In this document: piece after piece, positions 8,934 to 18,133 of the stretch
Position numbering within the stretch: position 1 is the stretch's first letter
Layout: every line of letters starts with the position of its first letter
DNA from: Sinorhizobium meliloti
GTDB lineage: Bacteria > Pseudomonadota > Alphaproteobacteria > Rhizobiales > Rhizobiaceae
DNA: 32,000 bases
Assembly (NCBI RefSeq): GCF_017876815.1
Contig: NZ_JAGIOS010000001.1
Coordinates: 2,430,001 to 2,462,000 of the forward strand
Reading direction: 5' to 3'
The notes under the pieces: model-generated
What the model was told of the DNA's origin: nothing
Seen by the model: the letters and a program-made list of their open reading frames with translations, nothing else
The model's database searches: none
Translations under genes and position numbers: made by a program

Positions 8934-9326
8934 ATGAGGAGATGCAAATTGAGCGACGGTGCAACGGAGCCGCGCGTGCTTGCGACGGATGCGGCGATCG
9001 ACCTCATCCGCGAAATCCGGCGCGATCATCCGGATATACTCTTTCATCAGTCGGGCGGCTGCTGCGACGGCTCCTCGCCCATGTGCTACCCGGCGGACGA
9101 TTACATCGTCGGCGACAACGACGTGAAGCTCGGCGAGATCGACGGCGTGCCCGTCTATATCAGCTCGAGCCAGTACGAGGTCTGGAAACACACGCAGCTG
9201 ATCATCGACGTCGTGCCCGGCAGGGGCGGCATGTTTTCGCTGGATAACGGCCGGGAGAAGCGCTTCCTCACCCGCTCGCGCCTGTTCGGTGGCGGCGAGG
9301 TTTGCCTGGTGCAGCCCCGCGGCTGA
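8934..9326 (+). CDS. DUF779 family protein (aldehyde-dehydrogenase-associated, function unknown)
   Basis: 'ATDAAIDLIREIRRDHPDILFHQSGGCCDGSSPMCYP...VYISSSQYEVWKHTQLIIDVVPGRGGMFSL' matches my recollection of DUF779. The true start may be the in-frame TTG at 8949, 7 nt after GAGGAG. Confidence 0.85.
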   Translation: MRRCKLSDGATEPRVLATDAAIDLIREIRRDHPDILFHQSGGCCDGSSPMCYPADDYIVGDNDVKLGEIDGVPVYISSSQYEVWKHTQLIIDVVPGRGGMFSLDNGREKRFLTRSRLFGGGEVCLVQPRG

Positions 9327-9399
9327 CCACGGGAAATTTGTTCGCTTTTTGTTCGTTTCATGTTATCGCTGGTCATCTTCAAACGGCGGATGACGGGGC

Positions 9400-10230
9400 A
9401 TGGAAAAGCAGCAAGACAAGCATCTGAAATTCCGCGCCTTGCACGATCGCGAGGGCGCTTTCGTAATTCCCAATCCCTGGGATGCAGGTTCTGCGCGCAT
9501 TCTCGCGGCGGTCGGCTTCGAGGCGCTGGCGACGACGAGCGCCGGGCTTGCCTTTTCCATCGGCCGGAGGGATTCGGCGGCGGCTCTTGCGCGCGACGTC
9601 ATATTGCAGAATGCCCGCGATATCGTCGAGGCGACCGAACTGCCTGTGTCCGCGGATCTGGAGGACGGCTTCGGTAAGGATCCCCTGTGCTGCGCCGAAA
9701 CGATTTCGCTGGCGGCAGGCGTCGGGCTCGTCGGTGGCTCGATCGAAGACGCAACCGGTGATGCCGCCGATCCGGTTTTCGAGTTCGGCCTGGCCGTGGA
9801 ACGTGTTGCCGCCGCCGCGGAGGAAGCCCGCAAGCACCCCTTTATCCTGACCGCGCGGGCCGAGAACTTCCTGTGCGGGCGGGCCGATCTCGACGATACG
9901 ATCCGGCGCCTCGTCGCATTCGAGGAGGCCGGTGCGGATGTCCTCTATGCGCCGGGGCTTCCTGACATCGAAGCGATTCGCACGGTCTGCTCTGCCGTCA
10001 AACGCCCGGTCAATGTGGTCATGGGGCTCGCCGGGCAGGTCTACACAGTGGAACAACTGCAGGAGGCGGGCGTGAAGCGCATCAGTGTCGGCGGCTCTTT
10101 TGCAAGGGCGGCCCTTGCGGCACTCATGAGCGCGGCACGAGAGGTCAAGGAGCACGGCACTTTCACCTATGCGAAAAGTGCCATGCCCGCCCGTGAGGCA
10201 GCATCATATATGCTGGACGTCAAAAGGTGA
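9400..10230 (+). CDS. Isocitrate lyase / PEP mutase family enzyme (2-methylisocitrate-lyase-like)
   Basis: 276 aa. 'FRALHDREGAFVIPNPWDAGSARILAAVGFEALATTSAGLAFS' and 'PVSADLEDGFG' are family signatures. Confidence 0.85.
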   Translation: MEKQQDKHLKFRALHDREGAFVIPNPWDAGSARILAAVGFEALATTSAGLAFSIGRRDSAAALARDVILQNARDIVEATELPVSADLEDGFGKDPLCCAETISLAAGVGLVGGSIEDATGDAADPVFEFGLAVERVAAAAEEARKHPFILTARAENFLCGRADLDDTIRRLVAFEEAGADVLYAPGLPDIEAIRTVCSAVKRPVNVVMGLAGQVYTVEQLQEAGVKRISVGGSFARAALAALMSAAREVKEHGTFTYAKSAMPAREAASYMLDVKR

Positions 10231-10270
10231 TGCCGGCCGCGTCTTGACGAGACGCTCGGCGTCGTAAACG

Positions 10271-11203
<933 letters not shown>

Positions 11204-11487
11204 TGACGGTCCGCCTTGAGCTGGCGCGGCCACGTCCGGTCGTCCGGGGGGTGGGTTCTCCGCGCAGATTCCGTGAGCCATTCCGATTGCGGGCAATCAC
11301 TGCGGACGGCCGCTGTCAGAGCTGATCGGCCGCTTTTTAGCGTCCTTGAAGGTGAATGCAAGGGGATTGCTGCGGCGCAGCGCTCAATATCCGAAAAACT
11401 TTGCGTCAGCCGGCTAGGATGACGGCGATTCCGGGCCGGTTGGCCGAAAATCGGAGAACGCGGGCAAGCGGAGCCCGAGCGGAGGCG

Positions 11488-12366
11488 CTATCCCGCGGTC
11501 GACCGACGCCATTCGACATAGGCGTCGATCGTCTGGCTGGCGATCGCCTCCATCGTTTCTGCCGGGACGGCGCTCCAGGGGTCGGCCGCGGTCTTTGCAA
11601 CGGAGTCCTGTCCCTGGATGCGGTGCAGGCGATTGCCGCTGCCGTCGAGTATGTCCCAGACATAGACGACCGTCGTCTTGCCGCCGTCGTTGAGCGCTGA
11701 AAAATATCCCTTGAGGATATGGTCGCTGGTTTTGTCGGTGGAGCTTTTGATCGCGAGCCCCTGGCTGCGCGCCGAGGCGCCGAGCTGCTTCGAGAGCGGC
11801 GTGACTGCCTGGACCGGCGCGCCGATGATCGGCAGAAAACGGATTCCGCCCGAGCCCGTCGTAGCTGCTGCAGGCGATGCGGCGGCTTGCTGCGTTTGCG
11901 CGGGCGCCTGCGTTGTTTCGACCGGTGTGGGCTGCTCGCCGCCATTCTCTTGCGTCGCTTCTTCCACAGGCGGTGCCTCATGCCGAGCGATCTGGGTCGG
12001 CGCCGCCTGAGGCTGCATCGTCTGTACCGGTGCTTCACCGCCGGCGAGACGGTTAGCCTGGCCTTCCAGCGTGCCGGCCGGGTCGGTGTAGTCGCTATAG
12101 CCGACATTGCCGCTCGCGTGCTGCGGAGGCGGGCCTGAAATGTTCGGCTGCGCCGCGAAGGCGGCCGAGCGGCCCGGCGGCACGCTTTCCACCGGCATCA
12201 CCGCGGTCTGCGCCGACATGGCGTCGAGATCCGACTGGGTCACCGGAGGGGAGCGGAAACTGCCTTCGCCCACGTCCACCTGCGGGATCAGGGCGTCTGT
12301 CGTGTTGCAGCCGGCCAAGGCTGCGGCAAGGCCAAGGCTTGCGATCGGATTGATCTGCTTGCGCAT
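11488..12366 (-). CDS. Conserved hypothetical lipoprotein with Pro/Gln/Ala-rich linker and C-terminal globular domain
   Basis: MRKQINPIASLGLAAALAGC: signal peptide plus lipobox (LAGC). ATG 12366 is preferred; the track start at 12375 is a GTG. A low-complexity middle region is followed by a roughly 110-aa ordered C-terminus. Confidence 0.7.
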   Translation of the reverse strand: MRKQINPIASLGLAAALAGCNTTDALIPQVDVGEGSFRSPPVTQSDLDAMSAQTAVMPVESVPPGRSAAFAAQPNISGPPPQHASGNVGYSDYTDPAGTLEGQANRLAGGEAPVQTMQPQAAPTQIARHEAPPVEEATQENGGEQPTPVETTQAPAQTQQAAASPAAATTGSGGIRFLPIIGAPVQAVTPLSKQLGASARSQGLAIKSSTDKTSDHILKGYFSALNDGGKTTVVYVWDILDGSGNRLHRIQGQDSVAKTAADPWSAVPAETMEAIASQTIDAYVEWRRSTAG

Positions 12367-12513
12367 CGTTCCCACCGTCTCCGCTCGAACATCCCGGCGC
12401 CGGATGCGGCGGCTGCAGCGCCGGCGCGCCCTATTGGACGCGCAAAGGTCGCTGCAGCAGGATCAGCCGCCGGCGCGTTCTTCACTTCCGACGGAAATCA
12501 TAGGGCGATTTCC

Positions 12514-13665
12514 TTACGCAGATATGAAGTCCAGTCCGTAGCGCGAGAGCGGGCGGGGGGTGTCGGCCGTGGTGAGATAGGTCTGGCCGAGCGTCATGGC
12601 GGTGCCGCTGTCCGAGTCCATGATGATCATGTGGACGAAGAGGGACATGTCCGGCTCGATCTCCTGCGGATTGCCGATATGGAACATCTGGTGCTCCATC
12701 CAGGAGGGCGAGAAGCGTGCGCCGAGCGAATAGCCGCAGGCGTTCAGACGGTGCCGGGCAAGGCCGCGCTCGTCCATGATCTTGGCATGCACGTCGAAGA
12801 CGGTCCCGAAGGTATTGCCGGGTCGAAGCACCATTTCGATAGCCTGGATCGTTTCCCGGCAGGCGCTGTAGAGCTCGCGGTGACGGTTGGTGGGCTCGCC
12901 GATCACGACCGTGCGCATCATCGCCGCATGGTAATGGGCGCTGACACCGGCCCATTCGAGCGTGAGCTGATCATTGGCGTCGAGGTTGCGCCGGCCCGCC
13001 TTGTAGCGGCAGAGCAGTGCGTCGGCCCCGGAACCGATGATGAACTCATTGGCCGGATAGTCGCCGCCGCCGGCGAAAACGGCGCCCTGCATGGCCGCGA
13101 GGATATCCGCCTCGCTGCCGCCCGGGCGGATGAGTGGCAGCGCCGCGTCGAGCGCGTCGTCGGCAAGGCTCGCCGCCTTCTCGACATGAGCGATCTCCGC
13201 CGGGCTCTTGATCAGACGCAGGCGGCTGACGAGCAGCGACGCGTCGACCAGTTCCCCGAAAGTGGAGAGCTGGTGGTCGACGAGGCGCGCCGTTCTTCCG
13301 GTCATGCCGTGCGTGTCGTATTCGACGCCGATGCGGCGGCCGAGGAGATCGAGTTCGCTGAGCAGGTTCTTGAGGTCCATGGCCGGATCGGCATTGACCC
13401 GATCCACCCATATTTCGATTCGCTCGATGTTCGACGTATGACGCGCCTGGCGCAGGTCGGCCGAACGGGTGAGCAGGACCATCGAACCATCCCGCTTGAC
13501 CACGAGCGACTGGAAGAAGCAATAGCCGAAGGTGTCGTAGCCGGTCAGCCAGTACATGCTCTCCTGCGCGAAGAGCAGTATCGCGTCGAGCTTTTCTTCC
13601 TGCATCTTGGCTGTGAGCCGCGCCAGGCGGGCCGCATATTCTTCTTCGGCGAAATGAAGCGCCAT
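12514..13665 (-). CDS. M24-family metallopeptidase (Xaa-Pro peptidase / creatinase-like)
   Basis: Track ORF 12514..13767; start moved to ATG 13665 (MALHFAEEEYAARLARL...) with GGGAGG upstream. Has a creatinase-type N-domain and a pita-bread C-domain (ANEFIIGSG..., LTLEWAGVSAHYHAAM...). Confidence 0.85.
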   Translation of the reverse strand: MALHFAEEEYAARLARLTAKMQEEKLDAILLFAQESMYWLTGYDTFGYCFFQSLVVKRDGSMVLLTRSADLRQARHTSNIERIEIWVDRVNADPAMDLKNLLSELDLLGRRIGVEYDTHGMTGRTARLVDHQLSTFGELVDASLLVSRLRLIKSPAEIAHVEKAASLADDALDAALPLIRPGGSEADILAAMQGAVFAGGGDYPANEFIIGSGADALLCRYKAGRRNLDANDQLTLEWAGVSAHYHAAMMRTVVIGEPTNRHRELYSACRETIQAIEMVLRPGNTFGTVFDVHAKIMDERGLARHRLNACGYSLGARFSPSWMEHQMFHIGNPQEIEPDMSLFVHMIIMDSDSGTAMTLGQTYLTTADTPRPLSRYGLDFISA

Positions 13666-13666
13666 C

Positions 13667-14461
13667 TCAAACCTCCCGTATGGAAATCGCTGATATCTGC
13701 CGCCCGTAATCAGGCTCCTGCCTGTGCGTCGTTCGGCGATAGGAGAAGAAGCGGTCTTCGTCCGCATAGGTGCAGATGCCGAGGTTTTCCGCAGTCACGC
13801 CGGCCTCGGCCAGCCGCCGGACCGTCAATCCGGGAAGGTCGAACATGGCATGGCCGTCGCGGCCCGACGGCGTGAAAAACGACGCATAGCTTGCCTCAGT
13901 GGCGACGAAGCGGGCTACGAATTCGGGGCCGACCTCGTAGTGGCTCCGGCTGATCGACGGTCCGAGGCAGGCGATGATGCGCTCGCGGCGGGCACCGAGC
14001 GAGATCATAGCCTCGATGGTGCTTTCGAGCACGCCACCCAGCGCGCCCTTCCATCCGGCATGGGCGGCACCGATCACGCCTGCTTCCGGATCGGCGAAAA
14101 GGACCGGGCCGCAATCGGCGGAGAGAACGCCGAGGACGATGCCGGGCGTTGCCGTCACCAGCGCATCGGCATCCGGCCGCGCGCCGTCGTAACCGGCGTC
14201 GACGATGATCGCGTCCGGCGAATGCACCTGGTGCACCGTGGCAAGCCGTCGTGGCTCTGCGCCGAACCAGCGGGCGACCCGGGCTCGGTTCTCGCCGACC
14301 CGTTCCCGCTCGTCGTTCGAGCCGAGACCGACATTCAAACCGCGGTAGATGCCCTCGGAAACGCCTCCCTGGCGCGTGAAATAACCATGTGCGATTGCCG
14401 GGCCTGCCTTTGCGCCGAAGAGCGGGCTCTGCACAGGGGATAGCGAGGCATCATCCTGCAT
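13667..14461 (-). CDS. pgeF: Peptidoglycan editing factor PgeF (YfiH / DUF152 laccase-domain protein)
   Basis: 264 aa. 'HQVHSPD', 'LSADCGPVLFAD' and 'GAAHAGWKG' motifs are characteristic. The stop is 1 nt from the downstream peptidase start. Confidence 0.9.
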   Translation of the reverse strand: MQDDASLSPVQSPLFGAKAGPAIAHGYFTRQGGVSEGIYRGLNVGLGSNDERERVGENRARVARWFGAEPRRLATVHQVHSPDAIIVDAGYDGARPDADALVTATPGIVLGVLSADCGPVLFADPEAGVIGAAHAGWKGALGGVLESTIEAMISLGARRERIIACLGPSISRSHYEVGPEFVARFVATEASYASFFTPSGRDGHAMFDLPGLTVRRLAEAGVTAENLGICTYADEDRFFSYRRTTHRQEPDYGRQISAISIREV

Positions 14462-14623
14462 TCGGTGTTTTCGCCCTCGTGATTTTCTAAGCTTCGTTGG
14501 AATTGAGGGCGCGTTGCGGCCCGTCGACTTGCAGCTGATTTGCCGGCGCGATGTTGACCCGGCAGGCGGGGACTGTCAATCGCCCTGCCGGGGCGAGGGA
14601 CCCGAGGCGGCCCACGGCCGGCG

Positions 14624-15727
14624 CTAAGGCGCCTTCTTCCGGAAGGGCGCCAAGGCGACTTCCGGACTGCTTACCACCAGCACCTTGAACAGCTCTCCCA
14701 TCTTTCCCGCGCCGGAGCCCGCAAGCCGCTCGACATCGTCGCGGATGCTTTCCTGAGTCGTCTCGTCCTTGTCCCGGCCGAGGGTCGAGGCGCGTTCCAG
14801 GAGGCCGAGGCCGACCAGGAAATCACCCTGACGGGCAAGTCCGTTGATCTGCACGCCCTCCGCTTTCGCACGGCTCGCCAATTGCTCGAAATCGACGTGG
14901 CTGGTCAGGTCGGCGAGACCGGGATTGGCAAGCGGCGGATCATATTCGTGATTGCGGACGGCCTGCAGCGTGTCGCCGTAGCCGGTCGCCAGATGGCCGT
15001 AGTCGATAATGATCGCCGTGCCGCCGCCGGCGCGGAGGCGCTCGCAGAGCGCGGCCATCACCGCGTCGCGGGCGGGGGAGATCTCGAAGATCGTGCCTTC
15101 CGCGACGGCTGGCGCGGGAGAGGGCAGCAATGCGGGATCAATGCCGGCAATGCCTGCAGCAAAGGTCAATCGGCCCTCCGCATCGAGGCCGACCATGCGC
15201 TCACGGAACCCTTGTGCGGTCCGCACGAACTGACGGATCGGAATTGCGTCGAAAAGTTCGTTCGCAGCCAGGAGCAGGAATCCGGAGGGGAGGCTGTCGA
15301 AGCTCTCATGCCAGCGGACCTTGCCTTCGTGTTCGGCCAAGGTCTCGGCCTGCAGCCTGCGAAGCCGGTCGCTGGTTTCGACGAGATGAACGGTCGCTGT
15401 CCGGTACAGTGCCGGCGCCAGCCGCCGGATGACGCGGAGCATGTCGGACATCATCGTGCCGCGGCCCGGACCGATCTCGGCGATAATCGCGTCCCCAGGC
15501 GTGCCGTGCTGCTGCCATGCATGCACGAGGAATATACCGATCATCTCGCCGAAGAGCTGGCTGATTTCCGGTGCGGTGGTGAAGTCGCCCGCCCGTCCGA
15601 ACGGTTCGCGGACGCGATAATAGCCGTGCTGCGGATCGGCAAGGCAGAGGGAGAAATAGTCGGTCACGCTGATCGGCCCATTGGTCCGGATCAGCGCCTC
15701 GATCTTGTCGGCGAGAGGATTCGTCAT
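14624..15727 (-). CDS. Class I SAM-dependent methyltransferase (MidA/NDUFAF7-like, DUF185)
   Basis: C-terminal 367 aa of the 680-aa track ORF. Start at ATG 15727 (MTNPLADKIEALIRTNGPISVTDYF...). 'DFTTAPEISQLFGEMIG' and 'EIGPGRGTMMSDMLR' are family motifs. Confidence 0.87.
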   Translation of the reverse strand: MTNPLADKIEALIRTNGPISVTDYFSLCLADPQHGYYRVREPFGRAGDFTTAPEISQLFGEMIGIFLVHAWQQHGTPGDAIIAEIGPGRGTMMSDMLRVIRRLAPALYRTATVHLVETSDRLRRLQAETLAEHEGKVRWHESFDSLPSGFLLLAANELFDAIPIRQFVRTAQGFRERMVGLDAEGRLTFAAGIAGIDPALLPSPAPAVAEGTIFEISPARDAVMAALCERLRAGGGTAIIIDYGHLATGYGDTLQAVRNHEYDPPLANPGLADLTSHVDFEQLASRAKAEGVQINGLARQGDFLVGLGLLERASTLGRDKDETTQESIRDDVERLAGSGAGKMGELFKVLVVSSPEVALAPFRKKAP

Positions 15728-15738
15728 GACTTGTCCAG

Positions 15739-16581
15739 TCAAGCGGCGGCAGCCGCGCTGCGCGCCCGCGCAATGGCCCAGATACCGACCAGTGCCATCG
15801 GCAGTGAAAGCACCATGCCCATGGTAAGCCAGTCTCCGGCAAGATAGCCGATCTGTGCGTCCGGTTCGCGGAAGAACTCCACGAAAATGCGGCTCGCAGC
15901 ATAGCCGCAGACGAAGATGCCGGTGACGAGGCCGGGCATTTTCAGGGCTCTGCGGCGATAGACGAACCAGGCGAGCACGACGAGAAGCACAATGCCCTCC
16001 AGGGCCGCCTCGTAAAGCTGACTCGGATGACGGGCGAAGGGGCCTCCCGTCGGGAAGACGACCGCCCAGGGCATCGAGGACAGGCGGCCCCAGAGTTCTC
16101 CATTGATGAAATTGGCGATGCGCCCGAAGAAGAGCCCGATCGGCACCACTGCTGCCACGACGTCGAACAGGCTCCAGAGGGGGATCGCGTTCCTTCGCGC
16201 AAAGATGATTATCGCCAGGGTCGTGCCGAGAAGGCCCCCATGGAAGGACATGCCGCCGTTCCATATCTGGATCGCGCGGACGGGATTCTCGAGGATGGAG
16301 CCGAGATCGTAGAAGAGGATGTAGCCGATGCGCCCGCCAAGCACGATGCCGCCGGCCGCCCAGAGCAGGAAGTCGTCGAGCTGTGCCAGGTTGAAGGGGG
16401 CGGTGCCGTTGCGCCAGAGCGAAGCGTTCTGGATTATGCGGCGCGCATAGAGCCATCCGAGCAGTATACCCGCGACATAGGCCAGCCCGTACCAGCGCAC
16501 GGCGAGCGGCCCTATCGTGAAGATGACGGGGTCGATTTCGGGGAAGGGTAGGATGGCGAGGCGGGTCGCGATTGTTTCCAA
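15739..16581 (-). CDS. lgt: Prolipoprotein diacylglyceryl transferase
   Basis: 280 aa. '[16 protein letters not shown]' and '[14 protein letters not shown]' are Lgt signatures. The codon at 16581..16579 is TTG, so the exact start is uncertain. Confidence 0.93.
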   Translation of the reverse strand: METIATRLAILPFPEIDPVIFTIGPLAVRWYGLAYVAGILLGWLYARRIIQNASLWRNGTAPFNLAQLDDFLLWAAGGIVLGGRIGYILFYDLGSILENPVRAIQIWNGGMSFHGGLLGTTLAIIIFARRNAIPLWSLFDVVAAVVPIGLFFGRIANFINGELWGRLSSMPWAVVFPTGGPFARHPSQLYEAALEGIVLLVVLAWFVYRRRALKMPGLVTGIFVCGYAASRIFVEFFREPDAQIGYLAGDWLTMGMVLSLPMALVGIWAIARARSAAAAA

Positions 16582-16866
16582 GGTCTTCTCTCGTGCCGGA
16601 CCGATGATTTCGGCGGAACATGACGAGCGAATCCGGCGCGGTCAAGCACCCGCTGCCGCCACGCAACGACGCTCCAGCCTCTTTCGAACGTAGAAAGGTA
16701 GCCGCAGCGCGCTATACTGCCCCATTGCCTCATCGCAAATTCAAGGGTCCCGGAGAACGATGAGCGGCGTCGCGGACGTCATTTTCCTTGCATCCTCACT
16801 CCGGGGACCCTACCTGAAATCATGAGCTCCGCCGCATGTGGCGGGATGGAAATGGAGACCGGAAAG

Positions 16867-17154
16867 ATGAGCACAGGCGCCAACCGTATTCTCGATGATC
16901 TCGCCCGGCTGATGACGGATGCGGCGGGCGCGGCCCAAGGGGTGCGGCGCGAGGTCGAGGCGGCATTCCGGGCGCAAACCGAAAACTGGTTGAATTCGCT
17001 CGATGTCGTGAAGCGCGAGGAGTTCGAGGCGGTCAAGGAAATGGCCGCGCGGGCACGGGACGAAAACGACGCTCTCCTTGCTCGCATCGAAGCGCTGGAA
17101 GCACGTTTGGCCGCGACCGGCCCGGCGGCCGCCGACATCACGACGGGCAAGTAA
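16867..17154 (+). CDS. ubiK: Accessory factor UbiK family (BMFP coiled-coil) protein
   Basis: 'RILDDLARLMTDAAGAAQG...EEFEAVKEMAARARDENDALLARIEALEARL'. ATG 16867 is preferred (GGAGAC upstream); the track start 16822 is possible. Confidence 0.78.
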   Translation: MSTGANRILDDLARLMTDAAGAAQGVRREVEAAFRAQTENWLNSLDVVKREEFEAVKEMAARARDENDALLARIEALEARLAATGPAAADITTGK

Positions 17155-17196
17155 AAGAACCTGCCTCACGCCGGCCTTCGGTCGTCGTCGACCATC

Positions 17197-17218
17197 GAAC
17201 CGCGTGCCTTTGCGGTTC
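17197..17218 (+). terminator. Hairpin after ubiK (possible terminator, no T-tract)
   Basis: GAACCGC-gtgccttt-GCGGTTC, 43 nt after the ubiK stop. Confidence 0.3.
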
Positions 17219-17631
17219 TCACGGAGGCGGATGCGGCGCGGGGCCAAATCGGCCACCCCGCCGTCGCCCGACGCATTTCACTTCGCTGGCGTCACGGTTA
17301 ACAAAAACTGAAAAGTTTTCCACCTGTGGACACTGGCAAAAAACCTTTATCGCAGAGTCGTTTAAGCAGCCGCGCTGAATCAGAATCATAGCGCGGGGCG
17401 CTATTCTTCCCGGCAATTTTTAGGCTCAGGGGCTGGCACGCTGACTCTGCCGTTATACACTGATTTTAAATGATGATTCGACACGGACCATGCAAGCTCC
17501 GGGCAGGGTAAGTAAGCCAGGATAGTCGCAGGTCCAGCAATCATAGTGTGTTCGTATCCGGTACTAGGTTTGCAGTGTTGCGTCCTGTGAGCGTGACTTT
17601 GCGCGCCTTAGCCGCGCCTTTAGGGTGATGC

Positions 17632-18132
17632 ATGAGCCTTTTGGAAATGGAAGCCGAGCGCCAGTCCAACCCGGTCGATATGATCGAGTTCGTTGCCGCG
17701 AACAATGACTGGTCCTTCGAGCGATCCGGCGAAGACGAGATCGCCATGACCGTCGAAGGCAGGTGGGCGGACTACCATGTTTCCTTTTCCTGGATGGAGG
17801 AGTTCGAGGCGCTGCATCTGGCGTGCGCCTTCGACATCAAGGTGCCGGACAGCCGCGCAAACGAGGTGATCCGGCTTCTGTCCCACATCAACGGTCAGGT
17901 GCTGATGGGTCATTTCGATCTTTGGCGCCAAGAAGAAGTCATCATCTTCCGGCAATCTCTGTTGCTCGCCGGTGGAGCGGAACCGACGAACCAGCAGGTC
18001 GAGGTGCTCCTTTCGAACGCGCTCGACGCCTGCGAGTCCTATTTCCAGGCGTTCCAGTTCGTCGTTTGGTCGGGCATGGATGCGCAGCGCGCGGTCGACG
18101 CGGTATTGTTCGAGACCGTTGGGGAGGCATGA
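17632..18132 (+). CDS. YbjN-domain protein (putative chaperone-like / sensory transduction regulator fold)
   Basis: 166 aa; the sequence pattern 'NPVDMIEFVAANNDWSFERSGEDEIAMTVEGRWADYHVSFSW...' resembles YbjN-family proteins. The stop is 1 nt before the proC GTG start. Confidence 0.78.
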   Translation: MSLLEMEAERQSNPVDMIEFVAANNDWSFERSGEDEIAMTVEGRWADYHVSFSWMEEFEALHLACAFDIKVPDSRANEVIRLLSHINGQVLMGHFDLWRQEEVIIFRQSLLLAGGAEPTNQQVEVLLSNALDACESYFQAFQFVVWSGMDAQRAVDAVLFETVGEA

Positions 18133-18133
18133 A

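Noticed and set aside
14624-16666. 680-aa ORF that looks like a large fusion protein spanning lgt and the methyltransferase.
   Set aside because: Only the C-terminal 367 aa (from MTNPLADK, ATG 15727) are methyltransferase-like. The N-terminal 313 aa are an out-of-frame read-through of the lgt region (Arg/Pro-rich nonsense), and lgt itself is clearly encoded in another frame (15739..16581).
17298-17312. TTAA-N7-TGAA, resembling a CtrA box (TTAA-N7-TTAAC).
   Set aside because: The second half-site is mismatched. A single half-site in AT-rich DNA is expected by chance.
17434-17451. TGGCAC, a possible sigma-54 -24 element upstream of ybjN.
   Set aside because: The required TTGC at N5 spacing is absent (sequence is TGGCACgctgaCTCT). 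The nearest GC dinucleotide is 12 nt after the GG, not 10.
17475-17486. GATTCGACACGG, reminiscent of the conserved 5' GGAUUCGAC of tmRNA. I considered a permuted alphaproteobacterial ssrA in this spacer.
   Set aside because: There is no alanine-resume or tag reading frame (ANDN...-type) on either strand, no T-arm (GGTTCGA...) and no acceptor-stem partner nearby. It is an isolated 12-mer.
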